Positions 47,831-57,811 of a DNA stretch of 64,000 bases are shown in pieces (position 1 is the stretch's first letter; each line of letters starts with the position of its first letter). The stretch is from Alistipes sp. (GTDB lineage Bacteria; Bacteroidota; Bacteroidia; Bacteroidales; Rikenellaceae): positions 17,933 through 81,932 of the forward strand of contig JAFXLG010000069.1 of assembly GCA_017531305.1 (NCBI GenBank), in the 5' to 3' direction. The notes beneath the pieces were generated by a model. It did not search any database. It saw only the letters and a program-made list of their open reading frames with translations, and was not told the DNA's origin. Both the position numbers and the translations under genes were made by a program.

Positions 47831-49945
47831 TTATGAGATTGACGAAAAGTCAAATCGCTGCTTGCCTGCGTGCTTTGCTTTTAACTCCCTGAGCGAGGAG
47901 AATCCCTGCTGCTCAAGTTTTGGATCGGCACTTAGTATCCATACGGCAGCCTCCTTTGCCATCTGGAGCAGGTCGGCATCCAATGTGGGATTAGCAATCC
48001 TAAGATCAAATGCCATGCCGCTCTGTTGTGTACCGTTGATATTGCCTGCGCCGCGGAGTTGCATATCGAGTTCAGCAAGGCGGAATCCGTCATTGGTTTC
48101 ACACATCGCCTGCAGTCGCTTGCGTGATTCACGCGAGAGTTTTTCGCCCGACATGAGTATGCAGAATGACTCCTCGGCTCCGCGCCCGACACGTCCGCGC
48201 AGCTGATGCAACTGCGAGAGTCCGAAACGCTCGGCTGACTCGATAACCATCACCGTAGCATTGGGAACATCCACTCCCACCTCGATGACCGAAGTTGCCA
48301 CCAAAATATCTGCCTCATGCTCCTTGAATTGGCGCATCGACTCCTCCTTGTCTTGAGGTTTCATCTTGCCGTGGCAAACCGTTACGCGATACTGCGGAGC
48401 AGGGAAATCTCGGGTGATGGATTCAAATCCATCCTCAAGATCCTTGTAATCCATCGACTCCGACTCCTTGATAAGCGGATAAACTACATAAACCTGACGC
48501 TCGAGAGCTATCTGTCGGCGCAGAAATCCCCAAAGCTTGAGTCGTGCCGCATCGGTGTAGTGGAATGTGCGGATAGGTTTACGCCCGGGTGGAAGTTCAT
48601 CAATTACCGAGACATCCAAATCTCCATATAGAGTCATCGCCAAGGTGCGCGGAATCGGCGTGGCGGTCATTACCAGAATGTGTGGTGGCTGCTGATTTTT
48701 GGTCCAAAGCCTTGCTCGTTGCTCCACACCGAAGCGATGTTGCTCATCTATGACGACATATCCTAAGTTGGAGAACTGCACTCTGTCCTCAATCAGGGCG
48801 TGGGTGCCGATCAATATATCTACCTCGCCCGTAGCTATGCCTTCCAGCGCGAGGCGTCTTTCGGCAGCCTTCGATGAGCCTGTGAGTATGGCTACGCGCA
48901 GATTCATTCCCTCCGTCAGGCGAGAAATGGTGGCAAAATGTTGGCGTGCCAAGATCTCGGTCGGAGCCATCATGCAGGCTTGGAATCCGTTATCCACAGC
49001 CAAAAGCATCGACATCAGCGCAACCATAGTCTTGCCGCTACCCACATCTCCTTGCAGCAGTCGGTTCATCTGATAGCCCGAGACGGTATCTTGACGAATC
49101 TCCTTGATTACACGTTTCTGAGCCGATGTGAGCTGGAAGGGGAGTCGCTCGTTGTAGAACGAGTTGAAACACTCTCCCACGCGGGTGAAAACAAATCCAT
49201 TGTTTTTGCTCATGCGATCCGATCGCAACGATTGTATGGAGAGTTGCAACCCCAGAAACTCATCAAACTTCAATCGGCGTTGTGCCTGCTTGAGCTTTTC
49301 GGCAGATTGTGGGAAGTGTATGTTGAATAGAGCCTCCTTGCGGGGCATGAGCGAATAGCGTTGCATGATAGAAGTAGGCATCCATTCATGGATATGATCT
49401 TGGGCTGCGTTCCATGCGTTGCAAATTATCTTGTAAAAGCCTTTGGCTCCCAACGAGGAGGCAATTTTTTCGGTCGAAGGGTATATACCCTGCATGGTGC
49501 TTACCGCCTTTTGCGAAATTGCCTTTTCGACTAAATCGAGTTCGGGGTGTACCATCGAAAGCTCTCCGCGGAAGAATGAGGGTCGCCCGAAGATGAGGTA
49601 TTCTCTGCCTACCTCAAGTCGCTTCTCGATCCATTTAATGCCTTGAAACCATAGCAATTCGGCTGAGCCCGTAGCATCGGAAACGAAGGCAGAGAAACGC
49701 TGTTTGCGCCCTGTACCCGAGTAGGCGACACCCGTAATTCGAGCGCGGATCTGCACCAGCGATGAGTCCATGTTTTCGTTCAGCTCGGCGATGGAGTAGA
49801 TCCTGCTGCGGTCAATATATCGGAATGGATAATGGCTCAGTAGATCGCCAATGGAGAGTATGCCCAACTCCTTTTCCAGAAGTTTGGCACGCGCCTCGCC
49901 GACACCTGCAACATATTTCACATTATTATCCAGATAACTTGCCAT
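47831..49945 (-). CDS. recG: ATP-dependent DNA helicase RecG
   Basis: QGDVGSGKT, DEQHRFG, MTATPIPRTL, HQLRGRVGRG; ATG at 49945. Confidence 0.97.
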   Translation of the reverse strand: MASYLDNNVKYVAGVGEARAKLLEKELGILSIGDLLSHYPFRYIDRSRIYSIAELNENMDSSLVQIRARITGVAYSGTGRKQRFSAFVSDATGSAELLWFQGIKWIEKRLEVGREYLIFGRPSFFRGELSMVHPELDLVEKAISQKAVSTMQGIYPSTEKIASSLGAKGFYKIICNAWNAAQDHIHEWMPTSIMQRYSLMPRKEALFNIHFPQSAEKLKQAQRRLKFDEFLGLQLSIQSLRSDRMSKNNGFVFTRVGECFNSFYNERLPFQLTSAQKRVIKEIRQDTVSGYQMNRLLQGDVGSGKTMVALMSMLLAVDNGFQACMMAPTEILARQHFATISRLTEGMNLRVAILTGSSKAAERRLALEGIATGEVDILIGTHALIEDRVQFSNLGYVVIDEQHRFGVEQRARLWTKNQQPPHILVMTATPIPRTLAMTLYGDLDVSVIDELPPGRKPIRTFHYTDAARLKLWGFLRRQIALERQVYVVYPLIKESESMDYKDLEDGFESITRDFPAPQYRVTVCHGKMKPQDKEESMRQFKEHEADILVATSVIEVGVDVPNATVMVIESAERFGLSQLHQLRGRVGRGAEESFCILMSGEKLSRESRKRLQAMCETNDGFRLAELDMQLRGAGNINGTQQSGMAFDLRIANPTLDADLLQMAKEAAVWILSADPKLEQQGFSSLRELKAKHAGKQRFDFSSIS

Positions 49946-49949
49946 GATA

Positions 49950-49957
49950 CAAAGATA
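49950..49957 (-). promoter_or_regulatory. -7 element (TATCTTTG) 4 nt before the recG ATG
   Basis: TATCTTTG-TATC-ATG. Confidence 0.6.
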
Positions 49958-50096
49958 AAAAGAAAAATCAAACTCGATCAAAAAAATCGCGCCAAAAAGC
50001 GTTGCGATTCAGTTTTAAGGGCTAAAAAAACGGTTGTTGCGGCATTGTTTTGATAGAAAAATGTTTAATTTTGTATAACAAACCTTTTTGTGCGAT

Positions 50097-52097
50097 ATGA
50101 AAAAGTTATTTTCTCTTCTCCTTATGCTCGGAGTGCTATTGGTGAGTGGTTGCAGCACGTCTGAATATGAATACAATGTGTGCGTATATGGTGGAACATC
50201 TTCGGGTGTGATTACAGCGTATGCCGTTGCCAAGCAGGGTAAAAGCGTGGTGCTCATTGAGCCTGGCTTTCGTCTGGGAGGTATGTCTTCGGGAGGTTTG
50301 GGACAAACTGATATCGGTAACAAGCAGGTTGTAAAGGGTCTTTCGCTCGATTTTTACCGCCGTGCAGGTGCTCACTACAACTCGCTTGAAAATTGGATCT
50401 TCGAGCCAAAGGTTGCTGAGCAGATTTTCAAAGATTATATCAAGCGCGGTCAGGTCGATGTGATGTATGGTCATCGCATTCTCTCTGTCCAAAAGCAGGG
50501 GCAGACCATTAAGCAAATCCGATTGGAGAATCGTGAAAAGATGTGGGGACGCAGCCAAGTGAGTGCCAAAGTATTTATTGATTGCTCGTATGAGGGCGAT
50601 CTGATGGCACGTAGTGGTGTCTCTTATACGGTTGGTCGTGAGCCTAATTCCCTCTATAACGAGCAGTGGAATGGTGTGCAGATGCGTCATTTGCATCAAT
50701 TTCCCGATGGTGTTGATCCCTATGTAATCCCTGGTAAGCCCGAGAGTGGTCTGCTGTGGGGTATCTCGGATGACAAATTGCAGGAACAGGGCAGTGGCGA
50801 TCGAAAGGTGCAAGCATACAATTTCCGTATATGTCTGACCTACGACAAGCAGAATCAAATCCCTATCGAGCGACCTGCAGATTATGACTCAACGAAGTAC
50901 GAGTTGTTGCTCAGATTGATCAATACTCGTACCTCGCATCGCTTACATGACTACTTTATCATCAGTCCGATGCCGAATAATAAGACCGACATTAACAATG
51001 CAGGTGGCTTTTCGAGCGATATGATTGGTATGAATCATAATTACCCAGAGGCTTCTTATAAGGAGCGCGAAGAGATTATTCAGGCGCATAAGAGTTATAC
51101 GTTGGGTCTGTTGTGGTTCTTGGGGCATGATCAGCGTGTTCCGCAAACAATCAGGGAGCAGATGTTGAGCATGGGATTGCCTAAGGATGAGTATGTGGAG
51201 TATGGTCATTGGTCGCCACAACTCTATATCCGCGAGTCGCGCCGTATGGTGGGCGAGTATGTCGCTACTCAGGCAGATTGCGAGAGTCGTACTACGGTGG
51301 AAGATGGTGTGGGCATGGCTGCCTATACGATGGATTCGCATAATTGTCAGCGAGTGGTAATCGAGAAGGATGGGCGTGCTATGGTCAAGAACGAAGGCGA
51401 TGTGCAGATCTGGGGTGGTCGTCCATACCCTGTATCGTATCGTTCGATTACACCTAAGCGCGAGGAGTGTGACAATCTGCTTGTGCCTGTCTGCCTTTCG
51501 GCAAGCCATATTGCCTATGGCTCGATACGCATGGAGCCTGTGTTTATGCTTTTGGGACAGAGCGCAGCTAAGGCTGCCTGCTTGGCGATAGATGGTGGCG
51601 TGAAGGTCCAGCAGGTGGATGTGAAGAAGATTCAGCAGATGTATGAGCAAGATCCATTGCTCGATGGATCTACCCCCGATGTGGTGGTTGACGATACCGA
51701 TGTACCACTCGAGGAGGACTCAGCGTGGTTAAAGTCTAATGCGGTAGATGGCTATGGTCGTTCATATTATATTCTAAAGCCACAGAGTGGCAAAGAGTCG
51801 TTGCGATATAACATCCCGATCAAGGATAGCGGAGTCTATACACTCTATACCTATTATATCAATCGCGCTGCATCGTCTCGCAAAATGGCACTCAATGTTG
51901 TTGCGGGTGCTAAGTGTGAAGAGGTCGTGGTAGATGCCGACAAGATCGTTGTTGAGGGGCAGACTAAAAGCAAGTGGGTTGAGATTGGTGACTATGAGCT
52001 GAAGAGTGGTGAGGAGTGCTATGTGGAGTTTACTAATCGAGGTGAAGTTTCTGGCGAAATTGTTGCCGATGCCGTACTTGCTGTCAAGAAAAGATAA
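50097..52097 (+). CDS. FAD-dependent oxidoreductase lipoprotein with C-terminal golvesin/xanthan-lyase-type CBM-like domain
   Basis: Lipobox VSGC; VYGGTSSG, GGMSSGGLG, DCSYEGD, YIRESRR, SIRMEP; terminal IVADAV; TAATTTTG box at 50066-50073. Confidence 0.85.
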   Translation: MKKLFSLLLMLGVLLVSGCSTSEYEYNVCVYGGTSSGVITAYAVAKQGKSVVLIEPGFRLGGMSSGGLGQTDIGNKQVVKGLSLDFYRRAGAHYNSLENWIFEPKVAEQIFKDYIKRGQVDVMYGHRILSVQKQGQTIKQIRLENREKMWGRSQVSAKVFIDCSYEGDLMARSGVSYTVGREPNSLYNEQWNGVQMRHLHQFPDGVDPYVIPGKPESGLLWGISDDKLQEQGSGDRKVQAYNFRICLTYDKQNQIPIERPADYDSTKYELLLRLINTRTSHRLHDYFIISPMPNNKTDINNAGGFSSDMIGMNHNYPEASYKEREEIIQAHKSYTLGLLWFLGHDQRVPQTIREQMLSMGLPKDEYVEYGHWSPQLYIRESRRMVGEYVATQADCESRTTVEDGVGMAAYTMDSHNCQRVVIEKDGRAMVKNEGDVQIWGGRPYPVSYRSITPKREECDNLLVPVCLSASHIAYGSIRMEPVFMLLGQSAAKAACLAIDGGVKVQQVDVKKIQQMYEQDPLLDGSTPDVVVDDTDVPLEEDSAWLKSNAVDGYGRSYYILKPQSGKESLRYNIPIKDSGVYTLYTYYINRAASSRKMALNVVAGAKCEEVVVDADKIVVEGQTKSKWVEIGDYELKSGEECYVEFTNRGEVSGEIVADAVLAVKKR

Positions 52098-52114
52098 TTT
52101 TATAGTATTCAGTG

Positions 52115-52849
52115 ATGCGTAAAATAGAGATTTGTTGTTCTTCGCTTGAGGAGGTGCTTCAGGCAGAGCGTGCAGGAGCCATTAGAGTTGAGTTGTGCAG
52201 TGCCATAGCTTTGGGAGGTCTTACTCCGAGCTATGGAGTTATCAGTTCGGTGGTGGAATCAGTCAAGACCATCAAGGTAAACGTCTTGATAAGAGTCCGC
52301 GAAGGTGGCTTCTGTTATAACGAGGAGGAGATTGATGCCATGTGCCGCGATATCGAATTTTGCCGCAAGGCGGGAGTCGATGGCGTGGTTATCGGAGCAT
52401 TGACTGCTCAAGGTGATATTGACATGAAGGCGTGCGGCAAGATGATTGGGGCTGCGCAAGGTATGTCGGTGACGTTCCATCGCGCATTCGATGTGTGTAG
52501 CGATTGTGAGAAGGCGTTGGAGGATATCATCTCATTGGGTTGCGATCGTTTGCTCACCTCAGGCATGGAACAGGATGCCGAGCAGGGCGCAAAGCATATC
52601 GCCGAGTTGGTTGAGCAGGCTAAAGGACGCATCATCATAATGCCTGGGGCTGGCATCAGACCTAACAATATCGCATGGATAGAAGAGATGACAGCAGCCA
52701 CAGAGTTCCACTCTACAGCTGCTGCCAATATCCCCGATCAAGCCTTTGCAACCAAAAAATTGAGTTTCGCGGCCGATTGTTGCGGTATGGGTATGCTCCG
52801 CCGATCTCAATATGAGATCATATCAGAGCTTGTGAATGACGTACTTTAA
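52115..52849 (+). CDS. cutC: CutC family TIM-barrel protein
   Basis: EICC, RVELCS..GGLTPS, LIRVREGGF, TFHRAFD, LLTSG, MPGAGI. Confidence 0.93.
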   Translation: MRKIEICCSSLEEVLQAERAGAIRVELCSAIALGGLTPSYGVISSVVESVKTIKVNVLIRVREGGFCYNEEEIDAMCRDIEFCRKAGVDGVVIGALTAQGDIDMKACGKMIGAAQGMSVTFHRAFDVCSDCEKALEDIISLGCDRLLTSGMEQDAEQGAKHIAELVEQAKGRIIIMPGAGIRPNNIAWIEEMTAATEFHSTAAANIPDQAFATKKLSFAADCCGMGMLRRSQYEIISELVNDVL

Positions 52850-55441
52850 TTGTTCGCCAATCGAGGTGTTGTAACCTTGTGAGAAATAGACCACGCGACC
52901 AAATGTGTCGCAGATGGCAATGATAGGAAGTTGGTTAGATGTGGAGTTGCATCCAGCGCAAAGCATCTTGCCAACTTTTTCGTTTACGTCAATTCCATAA
53001 TAAGGCTTCAATGTGCCCAGAGGCTCGCGATTGAGTTTCTCCGAATCCTCTTTGCTACGCGAGAGTATTACGATAGGACGTTGCCACTTATTCAAGACAT
53101 CGCTTATAGAGCCTATGCCTCGCATGGCATGGTTTGTAGGCTCATCCGTAGTGCCCATCACCGCCACAAGGAAATATCCTCGTCCCGTAGTGGAGAGTAG
53201 TGAGCGTTCTGCCTGCTCTCCTTCGGGGAGATATAGCTTCTCGGCATCCATCGAGCCTATGACACCTATCTGATCTTGTGCAGGGCGGATTACGAGATCT
53301 ACCGAAGTGGTCTTATCCTTCTCGATGCGGAATGTGGTGTTGTAGGAAAGGATACTGCCGTTTGCCATGCGGTTGCCTGTCGAGAGCATATAATATCCCT
53401 CATCCAACTCAACCTCGCTTGCCAAAAGATCAGAAGCTCCGCTACCCATATCCACCGAGAGATCCTTGTCGAAGCGAATGGTCTGACACACTCCACCCTC
53501 GATACGTGAAATAGTATAGTGGCTCGAATACTTGGGTTGAGGGATGGTTGGCACCTTTTTACGGTCATAACGTAATAGCAATCGACCCTTATTGGAGATC
53601 TGCTCTGCCACCTTGCCACCGATCTCTACCTTAACCCACTCTCTGCCATTGTGATATTCGGGGCGTTGGTCTTGGGCATTCAGACGTGCTGGGATGTGGA
53701 ACGAGCGACAAGCCGCCACAAAGAAGCGATCGCGTGATGTCGAGTCTGCCGCACGCAGGCGCAATACTCCCGCAGGAGTTGTCTGCAATGCGATAGGGTT
53801 ATACTCATCACACAACTTGATATTCTCTACACACCAAGCAATGATATGCTGAGCCGAAGGTTCTGGAGCAATATCCTTACCGAGAGTCTCCCTGATCTGA
53901 GTACGGTATGGCTGTAGGAACTCCTGAGCGATGCGTGGCGAGAGCACATATTGGCAATATATCGGATCCAGAGGAGCTTTACGGGTGGCGTTCATGGCAT
54001 CTTTGAGTATATCGAGCTCGGTATCGTGCAGATCCTTAGCCGAGATATTTTCCAAAAGAGCCAATGCTCGCTCACGCTCCTCACCCTGAGTAGAGTCGAT
54101 GAAAGATTTGATGTTACGCCAATTACCTCTTGCACCGATCAAAAGACGTTGCTCACGATCCGAGTAGTCTTTGGTGGATTCGCGGGTGGCAAATGTGGCG
54201 ATATATGCCAGACGCAAAGAGTCCTCATGCGCCAGACGTTGCTTATTCTGAGCAACTTGCTCATCGCTCAATTTGATAGGTATATCGCCCTGCACGGGAG
54301 GAATCACATCTTCTGTGAAAGAGAAATTATCGCCATCCTTATATTTGAGTTCTATGGTCAAATTTTCGCCTGAGAGTTTGCCGAAGCCGAAGCGACCTTT
54401 GTGCGAAGCCCACACAAGCATATCACCAAGTCCGCTGTGAATGGATGTCTGACCTGCAGAGTCGGTGTGAAGTGTAACCACAGAATAGAACTCTCCGTAG
54501 TTGAAAATTTTATACTCCACTTGAGCCCCTTCAACCGCTTTGCCTTTAACGTCAACAACCTTTACAGTAGTCTTGCGGGTAGGGGCATAGTTATCAATCA
54601 CGTTAATCTCGGTGAAGCAATTTGTACGCTGGATCACATCCTCCTTGCCTCGATAATCACCTCTTACGCGGGTGTGCATCAGCAGGGCGCGTGTTGCAGG
54701 CTGGTTGAACCAAGCCACGTTGAGTTCTGGCTCAGGTTCGCAAGCACCCAAAAATTTCCAATCGCCGTCAATCCACACCTCTACCCAAGCATGGTTACTG
54801 TCGGTGTGTGCCCAACGTGGGGTATAAACCTGACGCGCTGGTATGCCGATAGCTCGCATCGCCGACACGGTGAAGGTTGACTCCTCGCCGCAACGACCCT
54901 CGGCGGTGAGGATTGTTGCCATAGGCGAAGATGTGCGGGCATCGGATGGGATGTATGTCACCTTTTCATGACACCAGTGATTCACCTCAAGTGCTGCATC
55001 GTGAAGCGAAAGCCCTTTGACACGCTCTTTAAGCTCTTCATAATAGGTCATGCGGAAATCATCCATGCGCTCGTTGTTGACTCTGACGGGCAAGACGAAG
55101 TGGCGGAATATATCCTCTGGCACACTCTTGCCCCAAGCCATCTCCTGACGCGCCTTGAGCGAATAGCGTACATTCTCGAGGAAATACTCGCCATCGTAAT
55201 CCGCCAAGTCTGCCGAAGGCATCGAGCTATAGAGAAACTCCATTGCCTCGCGCTCCTGAGTGGAGAGCGTACTGTCGAAAATCGAGAAACTCTCACCATG
55301 AGTGAATAGCTCTTTACGTTGAGCCCACTGCTGATGAATCTGCTCGCGGAGCGAAGAATCTGAGATAAAATGGTTGTCGCATGCTGCCAACACCGAGAGG
55401 CAGAAAGCTAATAATGTCGATTGGAATATGTGCTTGTTCAT
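52823..55441 (-). CDS. Transglutaminase-like domain lipoprotein (two TG domains, first with intact Cys/His)
   Basis: Lipobox VLAAC; GRCGEESTF...GIPARQVYTPRWAHTDSNHAWVEVW; second domain FFVAACRSFHIPARL. Confidence 0.88.
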   Translation of the reverse strand: MNKHIFQSTLLAFCLSVLAACDNHFISDSSLREQIHQQWAQRKELFTHGESFSIFDSTLSTQEREAMEFLYSSMPSADLADYDGEYFLENVRYSLKARQEMAWGKSVPEDIFRHFVLPVRVNNERMDDFRMTYYEELKERVKGLSLHDAALEVNHWCHEKVTYIPSDARTSSPMATILTAEGRCGEESTFTVSAMRAIGIPARQVYTPRWAHTDSNHAWVEVWIDGDWKFLGACEPEPELNVAWFNQPATRALLMHTRVRGDYRGKEDVIQRTNCFTEINVIDNYAPTRKTTVKVVDVKGKAVEGAQVEYKIFNYGEFYSVVTLHTDSAGQTSIHSGLGDMLVWASHKGRFGFGKLSGENLTIELKYKDGDNFSFTEDVIPPVQGDIPIKLSDEQVAQNKQRLAHEDSLRLAYIATFATRESTKDYSDREQRLLIGARGNWRNIKSFIDSTQGEERERALALLENISAKDLHDTELDILKDAMNATRKAPLDPIYCQYVLSPRIAQEFLQPYRTQIRETLGKDIAPEPSAQHIIAWCVENIKLCDEYNPIALQTTPAGVLRLRAADSTSRDRFFVAACRSFHIPARLNAQDQRPEYHNGREWVKVEIGGKVAEQISNKGRLLLRYDRKKVPTIPQPKYSSHYTISRIEGGVCQTIRFDKDLSVDMGSGASDLLASEVELDEGYYMLSTGNRMANGSILSYNTTFRIEKDKTTSVDLVIRPAQDQIGVIGSMDAEKLYLPEGEQAERSLLSTTGRGYFLVAVMGTTDEPTNHAMRGIGSISDVLNKWQRPIVILSRSKEDSEKLNREPLGTLKPYYGIDVNEKVGKMLCAGCNSTSNQLPIIAICDTFGRVVYFSQGYNTSIGEQLKYVIHKL

Positions 55442-55516
55442 CGTGATATATCTTTTCTAAGGAGTAAATATACGAAAAATATGGTATTTTGCTCTGCATT
55501 ATTGAGAAAATCATTG

Positions 55517-55524
55517 TACTTTTG
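55517..55524 (+). promoter_or_regulatory. -7 element (TACTTTTG) for GH92
   Basis: TAnnTTTG consensus; supports ATG 55556. Confidence 0.6.
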
Positions 55525-55555
55525 TGTAATTATTAAAACTTTAAACTTAAAATAT

Positions 55556-57730
55556 ATGCGACTCGGAAAGCTACTTTTTGTTGCCGCTGTGGCAATTTTT
55601 GCCTCTTGTACTATGGCTCCAACACTAACCGATTATGTCGATCCTAAGATCGGCACAGGAGATCACGGTCACGTTTTTGTGGGTGCAAATGTGCCATTCG
55701 GTATGGTGCAGGTAGGTCCTACAAGCATCCCTCAAGATTGGGATTGGTGTTCGGGCTATCACGCAAGCGATGAGAGTGTAATAGGATTTTCTCACACTCA
55801 TCTTTCGGGTACTGGTATCGGAGATCTGTTCGATGTGACGTTGATGCCTGTGGTGGGCGAGGTGACCTATGCCAGAGGTCGTGGCGATGATTACGCGAGT
55901 GGTATGTGGTCAAAGGCTGATCGTTCGAAGGAGGTAGCTAAGGTAGGCTATTACTCCGTCCCGCTTGAGCGATATGGTATCTTGGCTGAGATGACTGCCA
56001 CCTCACGCGTGGGATATCATCGTTATACATTCCCCAAGTCAGAGGAGGCGGCAATTGTGATTGATTTGCAGAATGGCGGATGTTGGGATCGTGTCGTAGA
56101 GAGCCAGATGGAAAGCGAAGGAAATATACGTATCACGGGATACCGTTACTCATCGGGTTGGGCAAGAGATCAAAAGGTCTATTTCGTAGCAGAGTTCTCC
56201 AAACCGTTTGAGTCTTTTGAGATCAAAAATAACCATTATGGTCGCCTATCGTTCTCTACCCAAGAGGGCGAGCAGATTTTGGTCAAGGTGGCAATCTCGC
56301 CTGTGAGCGTGGTTGGCGCAAGAGAGAATATGGCGGCAGAGATGCCATCGTGGACTAAATTCGAGAAGGTGGTACGTCAGGCTCAGCAGGCGTGGGAGCG
56401 AGAGTTGGGTAAGGTGAAGATCGAGCAAAAGGATGAGTCGGTAAAGCGCATATTCTACACTGCGTTGTATCATACGATGATCGCTCCATCGGAGTTTTGC
56501 GATGTCGATGGTGATTATCGCGGAGCAGATGGCATGGTACACGATAATCCAGGACATACAACCTATACTACATACTCTTTGTGGGATACATATCGTGCGC
56601 AGATGCCTCTGCTCTCGATCATGCACCCCGAGAAGATGACAGGCATAATCAACTCCATGCTCAACATTTTCGATGAGCAAGGTCGCCTGCCCGTTTGGCA
56701 TCTGTGGGGTAATGAGACCGATTGTATGGTCGGCAACCCTGGCTTGATCTCGGTGGCAGATGCTTTGGTTAAGGGCGATACCGATATTGATCCTAATCGC
56801 GCATACAAGGCTGTGCGTGCTACGGCAATGAATAAGGGGCGTGGCAATGGTCTGAGAATGGAGTATGGCTATATCCCATACGATAAGATGACTACCCAAT
56901 CGGTAGCCTTCGATATGGAGTATGCCATAGCCGATGCTGCCGCTGCCGCTGCTGCACGCAGTATGGGAAATAAAGAGGATGAGAAATACTTTACCGAGCG
57001 TAGCCACTCGTATCGCCACTATTTCGATAAGTCGGTGGGCTTTATCCGTCCGTTGAGTAGCGATGGCAAGTGGCGCGAGCCATTCGATCCGTTCCACTCG
57101 AATCACAATGCAGATGACTATTGCGAGGGTAACGCATGGCAATACACATGGTTGGTGCCTCACGATGTGGAGGGTTTGGCAGAGTGCTTCGGAGGCAAGA
57201 AGGCGATGATCGAGAAGTTGGATTCTCTGTTTACTGTAAGCTCGGAGGTTACGGGCGAGAATAGTTCTTCGGATATCTCAGGTCTTATTGGTCAGTATGC
57301 CCATGGTAACGAGCCGAGCCACCATACCATCTATCTCTATGCTTTGGCGGGCGAGCCTTGGAAGTGTGCCGACAAGGTGCGCGAGGTGTTGCAGACGCTC
57401 TATTTCGATGGCGAAGCAGGTCTTTCGGGCAATGAGGATGTAGGTCAGATGTCGGCATGGTATGTGATGTCGGCTATGGGCTTGTATGAGGTTGAGCCTG
57501 CTGGTGCGCGCTATTGGTTTGGCTCTCCTATTATTGATAAGGCAGAGCTAAAGGTTAAGGGTGGAGAGTTTACCATCATTGCCGAGAATAACTCCGAGCA
57601 GAACAAGTATATCCAGCGCGTTTGGCTTAACGGCAAGGAGTATCGCAAGCCATGGATCTCGCACGATGACCTTATCGCGGGTGGCGAGCTTCGCTTTGAG
57701 ATGGGTCAGGAGAAGAAACTCTGGTATTAG
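55556..57730 (+). CDS. GH92 alpha-mannosidase lipoprotein
   Basis: Lipobox FASC; PFGMVQ, GFSHTHLSGTG, SLWDTYR, EGNAWQY, HGNEPSHH, GNEDVGQMSAW. Confidence 0.96.
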   Translation: MRLGKLLFVAAVAIFASCTMAPTLTDYVDPKIGTGDHGHVFVGANVPFGMVQVGPTSIPQDWDWCSGYHASDESVIGFSHTHLSGTGIGDLFDVTLMPVVGEVTYARGRGDDYASGMWSKADRSKEVAKVGYYSVPLERYGILAEMTATSRVGYHRYTFPKSEEAAIVIDLQNGGCWDRVVESQMESEGNIRITGYRYSSGWARDQKVYFVAEFSKPFESFEIKNNHYGRLSFSTQEGEQILVKVAISPVSVVGARENMAAEMPSWTKFEKVVRQAQQAWERELGKVKIEQKDESVKRIFYTALYHTMIAPSEFCDVDGDYRGADGMVHDNPGHTTYTTYSLWDTYRAQMPLLSIMHPEKMTGIINSMLNIFDEQGRLPVWHLWGNETDCMVGNPGLISVADALVKGDTDIDPNRAYKAVRATAMNKGRGNGLRMEYGYIPYDKMTTQSVAFDMEYAIADAAAAAAARSMGNKEDEKYFTERSHSYRHYFDKSVGFIRPLSSDGKWREPFDPFHSNHNADDYCEGNAWQYTWLVPHDVEGLAECFGGKKAMIEKLDSLFTVSSEVTGENSSSDISGLIGQYAHGNEPSHHTIYLYALAGEPWKCADKVREVLQTLYFDGEAGLSGNEDVGQMSAWYVMSAMGLYEVEPAGARYWFGSPIIDKAELKVKGGEFTIIAENNSEQNKYIQRVWLNGKEYRKPWISHDDLIAGGELRFEMGQEKKLWY

Positions 57731-57760
57731 AAATTTCTTTTCTATAGTTTTGATAAAAGT

Positions 57761-57794
57761 AAAATCCCCGAAGATTTGAGTCTTCGGGGATTTT
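57761..57794. terminator. Bidirectional terminator
   Basis: AAAATCCCCGAAGA / TCTTCGGGGATTTT. Confidence 0.88.
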
Positions 57795-57811
57795 TGTGTG
57801 GAGGGAGATTC

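Noticed and set aside
56246-57163. 305-aa antisense ORF, and similar long shadows at 9903-10625, 38791-39507, 50136-51650, 58202-58972
   Set aside because: They lie opposite well-supported genes, are His/Leu/Ile-rich and have no motifs; codon-bias shadows.
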